Positions 52,284 to 64,000 of a stretch of DNA of 64,000 bases are shown piece after piece (position 1 is the first letter of the stretch; each line of letters starts with the position of its first letter). The stretch spans positions 761,901-825,900 of the forward strand of contig NMRA01000151.1 of NCBI GenBank assembly GCA_002633005.1, in the 5' to 3' direction. Made by a program: the position numbers and the translations under genes. Origin of the DNA: Phoronis australis. Taxonomy: Eukaryota > Animalia > Phoronida. A model generated the notes under the pieces. It made no database searches, had not been told where the DNA came from, and was given only the letters and a program-made list of their open reading frames with translations.

Positions 52284-54617
52284 CAATGGTAGAAATGGTA
52301 AAGTATTTTCTAATGCAGAGCTGTGATTATTGTGTAGCATGGGGCTGAGATTGAATATTGGTATAGCGGCAAAGAATGAGTGATGATGGAATACTACGTC
52401 GAGTTTTGGAAATGCATGCTTCCTTCAACAAATCTTCTGAATGTTTTAAATGCATGTAGGGCAGAACAGAGGCAATGAGTGTTCACTAAATCACTATTTC
52501 TTCCAATGGAGCTCACTGATGACAAATAGTTGTTATTGCCGGTTGTCTTTGTGGTTCTGAGTTGAGCTGCCATTATTTTTGTGTTTTAAGTCCACATTTA
52601 GACTTCATCAGACCAACTACTGTTCATAGATTGGGTGATGTCGACACTTATATGTATTAGTTGATGTTTATTAGGTTGAGGCTACGTCAAGCCATTGGCT
52701 GTGTTACCAGCTCTTACAATTGACTGTGTGCCTCGTAGTTATGGTACTTTTTGAAGCCATCACCAGTCAAAGTTCTTAATACTCTTGGTGATTATCAGTT
52801 TTAGTGAGATTCGTAATGATATTTTCCTGAGCTCAGACTTAAGCAATAGGTGTTGCAATGGTATTTCATTTTGCATTTCCTGCTTTACATATTTCTGTTG
52901 GGTATGCTGAGATTTCGTGGTTGTATTGCCTACACTTTCAGTATTTTTGTGTAACAAAATGCCATGTATTACTAGATTTAGGTTTATTTATAAGTATTTA
53001 TAATAGTAGTGATCAACTGTTTTCCTTATGTACATGTATAGACTGTAAAACTGTAAATATATAAGCTCATTGTGATTGGTTTTCACAAGTTCACCTCTAG
53101 TGATGAGAGTACTGCGTATCCAAGTTCAATGATTTGTAATATAACTGACAGCAGGAAGTAACAGACATGCAAAACAAAATGGCCTATTTTTTCATTGCTG
53201 TCTACTTAACCTACAGTGCATGTTATGTCCATGTGATTCAGTGACGGTATTCAACCCTACTTTTCACTGACACATGTAACTATTTCTTACAGTTTTGTAT
53301 TAAATCACAAATATACCAGCTTACTGGGACAAAATTGTTGCATTTGGAATAGGCCATCCTGTGAAATTTCAAATGAAAATGAATGTCAAAGCCATCAATT
53401 TCGAAAGAGTCGTAAACTTTCTGAACTAGCTAGGTGCTTTGCAGCAGTGGCAAGTAGTCACTTATTTATGTGGTACAACTCAAAAGGTATTAAAGCAAGG
53501 GCGATTTTTAGACCAGTTTCTTTGATTCATTCTGCTTATTTTATGAATTGTATGTTTAATGTTTGTAAATAAGAAGGACATACTCTTTTAAGTTACTATA
53601 TCTTGGTTAAACTCTTCATGGAGATGCTAAGGTGAAGAGACAACCCTTAACTTCCAGAGATTGTACTTAATTGCTTGAATGAGATCTTGGCTATGTGGTA
53701 AACTTAAGACCCCCCTCAACATGCCTGATGTTTTGGTCTGTTTCTCCAAAGTAGCAGTGTCTTCCATGTGACACTTCAGGTGGCTGAGTGATTGTTGTGA
53801 ATGTTGGCACTGATTCTTTTTCAGTTACCTTGGAAACTGTGCCTACTGTGTGAAATAAGTCGCAAGAAGTTAAATACTAAAATTGAGTATCTGTTCAACT
53901 GCGGGTAATTTATTTATTGAATGTTTTATGCTATTGAAATGTGTAAGAGGTACACAGTTCTGCATGCCTGCACTTGTGTTGATCTGAAGATGTATATGGT
54001 CCACTAGTCTTTGGTGAGCTAGTATATACGTGCAGTTATTTAATGAATTTCTTACTATGATAAGATGATGTTAAAGTAAATATGTTAGATGTTCAGGTTG
54101 TCTAATATCAATATTCACTTTAGTTTCATGGTTGCTTGTATGCACTGTAGCCCAATGCTCTGGGGTCCGTTTCACAGATATGCACGTGGGAAGAATTTTT
54201 GCTATTCACCCACATATAAACATGAAAGTAGGCACAGCAGGAATAGTGCGACACGCGACAATATACACCACCCCCGTAGTGCCGTTATCTACGTCCATCG
54301 TATGCTGTTGTGCTCCTAAACCCTTAATGAATCTTCATGAACGTTAACCAACGAGTTCCTATCACACTGATTTTCTGGTAGATCCGTAAACTGTTGTGCT
54401 GCTTGGGGGTAATTTTAATTTTTTCGCCTTTTTATGTACCGGTCTAATGTGAAGTTTGGCAGATGTGTTCTGCGATTAAAGGGGAGAGGGGAGGACGCTG
54501 CCAAAAATCCTCCGGTATGACAACTGCTACCCCCCCCCCTCGTGACAAGTTTTTGAATTTTAGTGTCTTTTTAGCACCCGCATTTCTATCTGCCTTACAG
54601 TTTGATGGTCTGTCGCA

Positions 54618-55247
54618 NNNNNNNNNNNNNNNNNNNNNNNNNNNNNNNNNNNNNNNNNNNNNNNNNNNNNNNNNNNNNNNNNNNNNNNNNNNNNNNNNNN
54701 NNNNNNNNNNNNNNNNNNNNNNNNNNNNNNNNNNNNNNNNNNNNNNNNNNNNNNNNNNNNNNNNNNNNNNNNNNNNNNNNNNNNNNNNNNNNNNNNNNNN
54801 NNNNNNNNNNNNNNNNNNNNNNNNNNNNNNNNNNNNNNNNNNNNNNNNNNNNNNNNNNNNNNNNNNNNNNNNNNNNNNNNNNNNNNNNNNNNNNNNNNNN
54901 NNNNNNNNNNNNNNNNNNNNNNNNNNNNNNNNNNNNNNNNNNNNNNNNNNNNNNNNNNNNNNNNNNNNNNNNNNNNNNNNNNNNNNNNNNNNNNNNNNNN
55001 NNNNNNNNNNNNNNNNNNNNNNNNNNNNNNNNNNNNNNNNNNNNNNNNNNNNNNNNNNNNNNNNNNNNNNNNNNNNNNNNNNNNNNNNNNNNNNNNNNNN
55101 NNNNNNNNNNNNNNNNNNNNNNNNNNNNNNNNNNNNNNNNNNNNNNNNNNNNNNNNNNNNNNNNNNNNNNNNNNNNNNNNNNNNNNNNNNNNNNNNNNNN
55201 NNNNNNNNNNNNNNNNNNNNNNNNNNNNNNNNNNNNNNNNNNNNNNN
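54618..55247. other. assembly gap
   Basis: N run. Confidence 1.
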
Positions 55248-58200
55248 CTGACAGCCAACCCGCCCCCGCCCCCCCTTCTGTTGTTATCACCAGAGACCAT
55301 GCTTCAATGCCCAGGGGATGGCAGTTTGTTAAGAAATCCCTCTTGGATTATTGCCAAATGACCCAGCAGTTAAAGTTGCAAAATGTGCGCACACTTGCTA
55401 CTTGATTTTCGCATTTGTAATTTTAGGGTTGCCTATCTCCAATAAACTCTGAAGCAATTTCTTGAGTTATTGGTGATTTCGATGCTCGTGCTGTTACTAT
55501 TCAATGTTTTGGTGTAAAAAACAAAATGTAACTGTGACAATAAGCCCTACATCGATTAAAATACACGTCACCGCTTTCGAATAAAATACGTTTTCGCCCG
55601 CCAAGTGCCAATGTGACGTAGGTGTTTTAAAAATATGTTTTTTGGTTGTGGATACGAGTAGACGGAAATCGTATCAATAAGGGAGAATTACGTTTCCAAA
55701 AAATAGCACTCTGGAGAACATCTTAAAAAGCTTGCGTTTTGTTTTTTGAATTCAGCAAATACCTGTAGACAGAAAAAAATTGTATTGATGAACTCGTGGC
55801 TTTGGAAATGTGTACTACCAGGAAGAGATAACTGGTACTACCCATGGACCGTTTGTACAGACCCGGATTTTTTGGTGCTTCTAAAGTTTACAGAACCTGT
55901 CATTATTATTAAAGTAATGCTAATATACAATAGAAAATAGATTTCTTTGGTAGACTGGCAACTATGCGAGTTCTGTTAAACACGTTGTTCCATTTGTTTT
56001 TAATGGCCATGATAGGTAAAACGCTCAAATTGGCGGAATTAAAAACAAGCAGTGGATCGTCTTGTTCAATGAAACTTGTTCCGAGGAAAATTTCCTGCCG
56101 AGATACTCTACTTCATTTTATTTGCTGCGGATATTAAACCATCCGTCCAAACATCAGAATCCCCTCTAATGTCGGTGAAATCAGTGACCAACTAAGGTCA
56201 AACCTCTATCTCACCCGAGTCAGAACCGAAGTAAATGTTGTGTTAGCCGGCGGAACGTAAACAGAAATACTGAAATTTCCTTTGATGTTGATGTTGGCGG
56301 GCTGCTTCTTGACCGGTTTTCTGGGGTGACGTTTGAGCGCTGTATAAGTGGATGCCACTTGGAAAAATGGACTCAAACAAAAGCTCAAGCTCGGGCCCTG
56401 GTTATTGATAAGCCGTTACCAAGGCTTCTCACGTACTGGAGAAGGCAATTTTGATTTGTGGCTGACAAGTATTCATATGACATTTTAAGACTTGGGACCT
56501 CCTTAACAAAATTGTACTAACCCCACTAAAGCATTAATTCGGTGCTGATAAGTAAATTAGACAGTGACCTTGCCAGACCGTCACACGGTGTCTGGTGTTT
56601 CTGAGGAGTCCCGTGCAGAGGAAACGTAAACGCGTGGCAAACCTTGTTTTAGTGTTAAAAATACCCCGCTCTCTTTACAGACTTTACTTCCTCTTGTTCA
56701 AATAAAAATTGATTGGACTTACCATGACGGTCATACTATTTAACTCGCCGTGAGAATCGAGTTTGGGTTGGTGTGCAGTGGTGGATCTAGGATATCGTAA
56801 GTAAGGGGGGCCAACATGTTGTCTCGGGCAATCGCGCGACGATTGCATGCGCGCACCCAGCCTAAAAAGATAAGGGGGTTCGAATTCCTGGGGTGTGGAC
56901 CTTTACTGAAAATCAAACGCCTGTGGTGTGAAGGAATAAATACAGCACACGTGACGAATTTTTGTCCGGCCGGTCGGAAATTGGTCGACGACCAGCCGTC
57001 GACCGGTCGTCTAGCCGACCAGCAGCCGACCAACAACGGTCGGCTAGGAGCCGTCTGCTGAGTCGCCTCTGTGGTCGGCACTTGGGTCGGCTAAGTGGTC
57101 GTCAAACGTAGATGACCAATTCGGATTAAGCGTGTCCTTGGTCGGCAATCGCCATTTTTTGACTTAGCAGGTGAACTTTGGCCAAACAAACATTTAACTG
57201 TTCGCTGTTCGTTCATCAGTGGCAACTCCGGTCTTATCAATTTTTGTTCAGCTATTGAAAGGTGGTAAAATCGAATCAGCCTACAAATACAAAGTGCGTG
57301 ACATTACACCAACGTGAACTTTATGTTGAATTACTGACGGCGTGGTAAAATCAAACGTTAAGTAATATCGCGGAAGCATAATTTCTGTCTCTTAGTACGA
57401 GACTTTTTATACAGTACATTATGCATAAAAAACAAGCAAGAAATTTGAAATTTTACAGTAAAATTGTACAAAAATCAGAATACAACGCTGGCTGTTTTAC
57501 GACCTCAAGTGTTTTCATGCCGCGGAATGCTCGACAAGCAGCACGTATTCGCGCTCATCTGTTATTGCTCTTGATCATCACTTCATCACGCTGTATATTG
57601 CGCCTTACCACAGATAATTATTGTTTATTTTTGTATAATTTCTTGATATGTCGGTACAGCAGTAGAACAACAGTTTATTTTAAGAACAACATAAACAATG
57701 GTTTTAACATAACGCAGTGATTAAGATCATGGGCGCATGAAAACGGAAACATGTGATCGGTTATAATGTCATCCATGATCCATCATCATTCTGAATTTGT
57801 TGTCACTTTCGGAGTAAAAAATTGTTTCGAAGCTAGAGCCTTCCTATTTAGCCAGCTAGCTGTATGAAGACTATTGTTAAAATACAGCAAGGTGTTACTG
57901 TGTATTGAGCTGCGACAGACCTCGAAATTGCAAACAGCCCGAATAAATACGCTCGTCACCTCGTCGTGAAGCTTATCAACGTCAGCTGAAGACCGGCGGG
58001 TGTGCATGCAAAATCTGGAACTCAATTGACATTCACCTTGCCCGTTATGGCCGTTTAAGCGAAAAAATACCCGACGTCATTTTCTTGTATAATTCTCTGC
58101 ATTGGTAACAAAGAAATATATGTCGTCGTTTTGAAAGTAGTACATTTGTGACACGCGCCACTTCCAGAAATTTTTCGACATCTCCCATTAGATGATGACA

Positions 58201-60076
58201 ACATCGCAGCAAAATCTGTTCTAAAATTCGGTTTACTGATATCAAATTCCAAAAACATATAATGAAGTGAAACCAATTCTGATCATTTGTTGTGACGTTT
58301 AGGCAACCTCGAGGGAGAACATTTAATTGAAGAATCTGGGAAAACGAAACTGGCTAATAGGTGACGCAATACTTTATTGCACCGAAAGTCGACGCAAAAG
58401 ATCACACCACAATTTTAGAAGCAGAATAATAGTAGAAAAACAATTTTTTTCAACGCCGGTAAATAATTTAGATTACTCAAGAAAGATTTTATTGGGTCAG
58501 TTTTTACCCACAACGGCGCAATTAAAAGTTGTATATTTAATTCAGTAAACAGCTTCGCACCAAGGCCGAGCCCTTTGGAGTAAGAACACAATACTAAGCG
58601 TTTCGCGTCTACTCTAAGGGGTAAAGTCATACTTATTTACGTGTCATTACAAACTTCTCCTGTTGAGAGTTTCTTTCTCACAAAAGCGGTCTTCGAATGT
58701 AGAATCTGGACTGTGGTATGTAGTGTTTGTCCTATCATTTTAGTTCACGTTCTTTCCGAAAATTATCTAAACGAATGTTTGTTTTCAAAGCAGGGGGAGA
58801 ATTGTGATCAGATATAAATGGGAATGGCTTATTGTTCGCGTACGTGCTATTCACAGTTATAACATATAATTCAACCGATATTACAATATAAGTATGCCTA
58901 AGAACGTGCTACGAGTCAGTGACCCTGTAATCAGTATGCCGTAAACTTTGTTTACCCAAACTTTGAAGACGTGCTTTCTCTCGGTTTATTAATGAAGGTC
59001 CTGACAACACACGACTCGGAAAGTTTTGAAAACGCAACTCTTTCTTTACGCAGATACGTTTTCTACCCACGCGTCCATTTGATGTAGCCCCGGCCCAACT
59101 CTCACTAAGTAAAGTTAGTGGCAGCCAGATCACACTAAACCCCGGCGGCGGGCCACATTTCACGGCACAAACTACTGACGTGTGTCATTGGTTCAAGTTT
59201 AATATTTAATATTCAAATCATGAAATATATACAAAAGTGCAAATATGGTGATAGCCAAACGGGGGAGTATTGAGGCCTGAATTCTGGACACTGGGGTTCA
59301 GTGCCAGTGCCTAGCTTTTTGTCAGTCATACAAATGAAGAGTGGGCAAAAGTTAAGTACAACTGCTTCATAGTAAAAATCTGGTCAAAAGAGATTGAAAG
59401 AATATTAAAACAAGTGATGTTGTTGTCTCTGATCAGTGTTAGTAATGATCCCAGCCACCGCAAGTATGATAGGGCTTAAATCAACACGTTAGTCCTCGTA
59501 CCCCGCAAAGTTTAATAGGTTATAACTTATTAGTTCATCGACTTTTAAAAATGGAAAACCATGCTTGGTTGTTTTTTTTTCAACTTAATACAGCCATGGA
59601 GTTTAACGAAATTCGGCGCCGGGCGCCGTGCGCAGCCCCTGCCACTCGACTATTTTGAGTCATTTTCTGCAGCCCGCGGACGAGATTCATGAATTCGCAT
59701 TTCGATAATTTAATATATCAACCTGGCACACTGCAGGCTATATAGAAGCACCAAAAAACTGTTTCCCTGAGCGTGGAAAAGTCTGCGGACACGAAAAATG
59801 TTTTGTTTCACTAGCGCCGTAACGCCGCCGTGGGGACGTGACGCGAAAGTTTTCAGTTTCCTTGAACGTAGAACTACGAAAGCGCACTAGCCCACAGAAA
59901 TAAAATAAACTATTTATCTCGTTATCTCAACTTTTTATCTTGTCATATCTGAGCTGTAAATTTCGAGTACCGGTAACACAGAGCATGAGCGCTTAACGGC
60001 GGGAGATCTAACTTCATGTTGACTGATTTTCAAAAAGACTCCGCCGTAACTCAGGGGACGCCAGACTACGGCACGG

Positions 60077-60759
60077 AGTCGCTCTCAAAATACCTTTATA
60101 AAACTATTTCCGTGATCTCATCTCCTCGGATGACCACATCACTTCCTTCGTTCCATTCAGTTTCCAAAAGTCCTTTAACTCAGTTCATGGTTGCGTTTTT
60201 TCTGATTGCGTGAACCGTTTATCCAGTCTAGACCCACTGTCCCTCCAAGCCTGTTGCTTCCGATGACTCGTTTTGGCTCTCCATCTATGACATAATTTTT
60301 TCTGTAATCAATTCTGTGAGGAAACCTTTTCCTCATGAGGAGAAAAGGGTTCTGACCTTTTTCTACTCATTTTATTGATGACAGAGCCACCAGGAAAATA
60401 GGCGTCTGCACTGACTCTATCTACAACTGTGTGCTGTCATTGAAACCCACGTGATCACCAACAGCTCCATTGAAGCACTTCAATAGTTTCTTTGTTGAGT
60501 TAACCCAGCTCGACACACTGGGGTGCCTTGGATACTTTAAACCAGGCGTGCGTGCAGTAACGCTAGGACCTACGCTAGGACCTAGCTAAAATCTAGCAAA
60601 AATACACGGCAATATCTCACGTAATCTCGCAAAGTCTTGCTTTTTAGCGAGGTCCTAGCCTAGCGTTACTGAACGCCGGAGGCAGGTTTCACTGAACCCG
60701 CTCCCTGTAAACAAGAGCTACATGGAGCGTTGAAATGCACCCAGGACGGCAATGCAATT
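60077..60759 (+). repeat. local segmental duplication, copy 1
   Basis: agtcgctctcaaaatacctt...gcaatgcaatt is collinear with 61288-62902. Confidence 0.85.
60546..60682. mobile_element. MITE family A inserted in duplication copy 1, CAG flanks
   Basis: aaac CAG|gcgtgcgtgcagtaacgctagg ... cctagcgttactgaacgccggagg|CAG gtttc. Confidence 0.7.
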
Positions 60760-61718
60760 GAAGAATTATTTTTAACTCACGTTTTTGAGAAAAAAATCCA
60801 TTCGGAGGCACAGCAGAGATCCAATTGTTATCGAGTTTAAAATATGTCTACACACGCCAAATTGTGAACTTTCAAAGGGTTAAGTAGAAATCAACACAGA
60901 TGTCAAGAAGAGCAACGCAGAGCGTTGAAAACTGTCCACGATAGCACTACAATTTAAGGTGTGCTTCAACGAGTATACTTTAGAATTATAAGAACAATAA
61001 GAATATCCATTAAACGCCGCATATTTCGTCAACTCATCCGAATTGAGAAAGTGGCGCCTATACACCACGCCCACTCTCGCACGCGCGCGCACGCAGACAT
61101 ATATACAATCGATTAAAAATTCAACTCAACGGCCAAGAATCCCCAGTTAAGAAAGTGTACAGGCGACATACACTTATCGAAAAGGTCTATGTGAAAAAAT
61201 GAGCTTGCGTATTTTCTCATGCCACTATAGGTGTACTAGACTACGTCACCCGCCTGATCGACCGACTGGGTCGTGCTACAGGGCATCAGTCGCTCTCAAA
61301 AATACCTTTACAAAACTACACCACTTCCCTCGTTCCACTCAGTTTCCAAAATTCCTTTAACTGTTTATGGTTGCGTTTTTCTGATTGCGGGAACTGTTTA
61401 ACCAGTCTGGACCCCAAGCCCGCTGTTTCCGTTGACTTGTTTTGGTGTCACTTTTCTTGCTCTCCATCTGACATCATTTTTTTCTGTAATCAGTTATGTG
61501 AGGAAACCTTTTCCTCAGAAGGAAAGTGTTCTGACCTTTTTCTACTCATTTTATTGATGACAGAGCCACCAGGAAAATGCGTCTGCATTCATTCTACCTA
61601 CAGCTGTGTGCTGTCAGGGAAACCCACGTGATCACAGTTCCATTGAAGCACTTCAATAGTTTCTTTGTTGGGTTAACCTAGCTCGACACAGTGGGGTGCC
61701 TTAAATACCTTAAACCTG

Positions 61719-62825
61719 GGCCCGGTCTCCAATCTCCGTACTCAGACTCATACTCATACTCGAGATTTCATACTCAAAATCGTGCTCACTGGAGTCGTAC
61801 TCAAAAAAGCGTATCTAATGTCGGATTTCGAGTAGACTCCAAACGTACTCAAATCTGACACTCATACTCGAGTTGCTATGGAACTCTTTATGATGTGAAA
61901 TTCAAAATCACGCAAAGTCGCGCTGATTCATCGCTTCCTATTGGAATAGANNNNNNNNNNNNNNNNNNNNNNNNNNNNNNNNNNNNNNNNNNNNNNNNNN
62001 NNNNNNNNNNNNNNNNNNNNNNNNNNNNNNNNNNNNNNNNNNNNNNNNNNNNNNNNNNNNNNNNNNNNNNNNNNNNNNNNNNNNNNNNNNNNNNNNNNNN
62101 NNNNNNNNNNNNNNNNNNNNNNNNNNNNNNNNNNNNNNNNNNNNNNNNNNNNNNNNNNNNNNNNNNNNNNNNNNNNNNNNNNNNNNNNNNNNNNNNNNNN
62201 NNNNNNNNNNNNNNNNNNNNNNNNNNNNNNNNNNNNNNNNNNNNNNNNNNNNNNNNNNNNNNNNNNNNNNNNNNNNNNNNNNNNNNNNNNNNNNNNNNNN
62301 NNNNNNNNNNNNNNNNNNNNNNNNNNNNNNNNNNNNNNNNNNNNNNNNNNNNNNNNNNNNNNNNNNNNNNNNNNNNNNNNNNNNNNNNNNNNNNNNNNNN
62401 NNNNNNNNNNNNNNNNNNNNNNNNNNNNNNNNNNNNNNNNNNNNNNNNNNNNNNNNNNNNNNNNNNNNNNNNNNNNNNNNNNNNNNNNNNNNNNNNNNNN
62501 NATTTGCTGTGTTTCTTGGTTCCCTTTCGATATTTTGTTCTCTGGCTCGTATTTATTTTCGAGTACGATTTCAAGCACACTGCCATACCAAACTTGAAAT
62601 TTAGAGCATATACTCGGAATTTTTACTCAAAATCGTACTCGAAATATGGATGAAATACACTTCGCTTCGAGTATACTCGAAAATTGAGTACGTGCTCGAA
62701 ATTTCGAGTACAGATTTTTCGAGTATGACATTGAATACACCAAAGCTGAGTCTGTACTCGAGTTGAGTATGAAGTGTGAGTTTGAGCATGATTCGAGTCT
62801 GAGTACGGAGATTGGAGACCGGGCC
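61719..62825. mobile_element. PIF/Harbinger-like TIR element (family B), CWG flanks, contains an assembly gap
   Basis: aaac CTG|ggcccggtctccaatctccgtactcagactc ... gagtctgagtacggagattggagaccgggcc|CAG gtttc; many tactc/gagta subrepeats. Confidence 0.8.
61951..62501. other. assembly gap
   Basis: N run. Confidence 1.
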
Positions 62826-63059
62826 CAGGTTTCATTGAACCCGCTCCCTGTAAACAACAGCTAAATGGAGCGTTGAAATGCAACCACGACTGCAATGCAA
62901 TTCCAGTAAAATGGCTATTAAACGGCACAAAATATATTGAACCTATCCAAAGCAAAGCGTCTTCTCTCTAAGAACAATGTCAGACAAAATTAAATGAAAA
63001 TCGGCAAAGAAGCTCTTAAGATAGAGGCAGGCGTAACTCACTTTTTTGAAAAACTAAAN

Positions 63060-63148
63060 GAGAGGCAGAGAGGCAGAGAGGCAGAGAGGCAGAGAGGCAG
63101 AGAGGCAGAGAGGCAGAGAGGCAGAGAGGCAGAGAGGCAGAGAGGCAG
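63060..63148. repeat. (GAGAGGCA)n microsatellite
   Basis: About 11 copies of an 8-mer after an N. Confidence 0.95.
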
Positions 63149-64000
63149 TTTGAAAGTAGTTCCCTGCTTGGAGCAAAGGTCATCCTTAGCTGTGCATAGC
63201 AGGCCTCACTGGCTGATGCAACGTGAAGCTTTAATTAGATTGCTTCAGCTGATAAGGACTTAATGAGCCCTTATTACTGAGACTTCTCAGACCAGGCCCG
63301 AAATGCTACGACGTGGGCACCGACTCTCTGAATGAATTAACCAAACATATTAATTTTTGAAAATGCCCTCAAAAGTGGACTTTTTTAAAACACCGTGTTG
63401 TCTGTATTCGTCAGTGAAGAAAAGCGAAATGAACAGATTTGTTCACACTGCTCAAAGCACTTTTGTGGACATACGGAAAGGCCAACGTCTCTGTCTTACA
63501 ACGCTATATGTGCTTGGCATTTCTTATGAAGCGCTCTAATGCTGGAATTTTTTTAAGATTGAGCGCTGTTTCAAAAAATTGTTGTAGGTCTTCTTACTGC
63601 TGAACATAGAAGAATTATTCTGCACCTTGGTTTATTTTCTATCATTTTTCGACATCGCAATCGCTTTACCAAAGGTTCATGCAAATATGCCGTGTAGAGA
63701 CAAATACCTCTTCACCACGTATTCAGATCTTCCCGTTCAAACTTGTTTTATTTTACATAATTTGTCAATATGTTGCTGACAGAAAATATTTATTTTTGGA
63801 ACAACGTGAACGAAGAACTGGTACATGTAACATAGCCCATATTTTATCGTCACCGATGCACTAAAAACGGAATGCGCAAAGCTAGAATTGGTTGAAGCCT
63901 CAACAGTGGTTATTCCGTGTTTGATGTCACCAAGGAGTGTACGAGTATAGGAGAGTTCACTCCGCCATTTTACCATTCGCCGCAATGGTTACCGGTCGAA

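Larger units (their letters stand above)
61288..62902 (+). repeat. local segmental duplication, copy 2 (interrupted by a MITE and a gap)
   Basis: Collinear with 60077-60759. Confidence 0.85.

Noticed and set aside
51544-52340. Antisense and alternate-frame ORFs over the last nkd exon
   Set aside because: Shadows of a GC-richer coding exon; no recognisable domains.
54463-55405. Long ORFs of 231-267 aa
   Set aside because: Artefacts of reading through an N gap.
55900-59300. Possible neighbouring gene or promoter in the CpG-rich region downstream of nkd
   Set aside because: I could not assemble a spliced ORF or recognise a domain, and parts look repeat-derived.
61888-62653. Long ORFs of 216-252 aa
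   Set aside because: Artefacts of reading through an N gap.
62994-63263. ORF with ERQRGREA repeats
   Set aside because: Translation of an 8-bp microsatellite.
63400-64000. Minus-strand ORF 63737..63985 as a transposase relic
   Set aside because: No recognisable catalytic motif, and the region is truncated by the window edge.

Overview
AT-rich animal genomic DNA, probably an invertebrate (lophotrochozoan-like; the taxon cannot be fixed from this window), from a gapped draft scaffold. Most of the window is one plus-strand gene, naked cuticle (nkd), a Wnt/Dishevelled antagonist. I reconstructed it by hand as 8 coding exons (7186..52283) with GT-AG introns and consistent phases, giving 1545 nt or 514 aa. 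The protein has an N-myristoylation start (MGKYQS), the EFX/EF-hand motif (QEWSFTLYDFDGRGKITKE), the RRNYYLDLAGVEN motif and a C-terminal His-rich tail. Introns and flanks carry many MITEs, tandem repeats and an N-bounded 28S rDNA fragment. The most unusual signals are: (1) three copies of a tiny non-coding LTR element whose ~152-bp LTRs contain a tRNA-type Pol III promoter, with a tRNA-Ser PBS and a PPT; (2) a 45-bp minisatellite that repeats the nkd exon-6 splice donor five times; (3) two different MITEs at the same palindromic site in the two copies of a local duplication; (4) a dense TCF/LEF-site cluster in nkd intron 3. Most short ORFs in the supplied track are noise.
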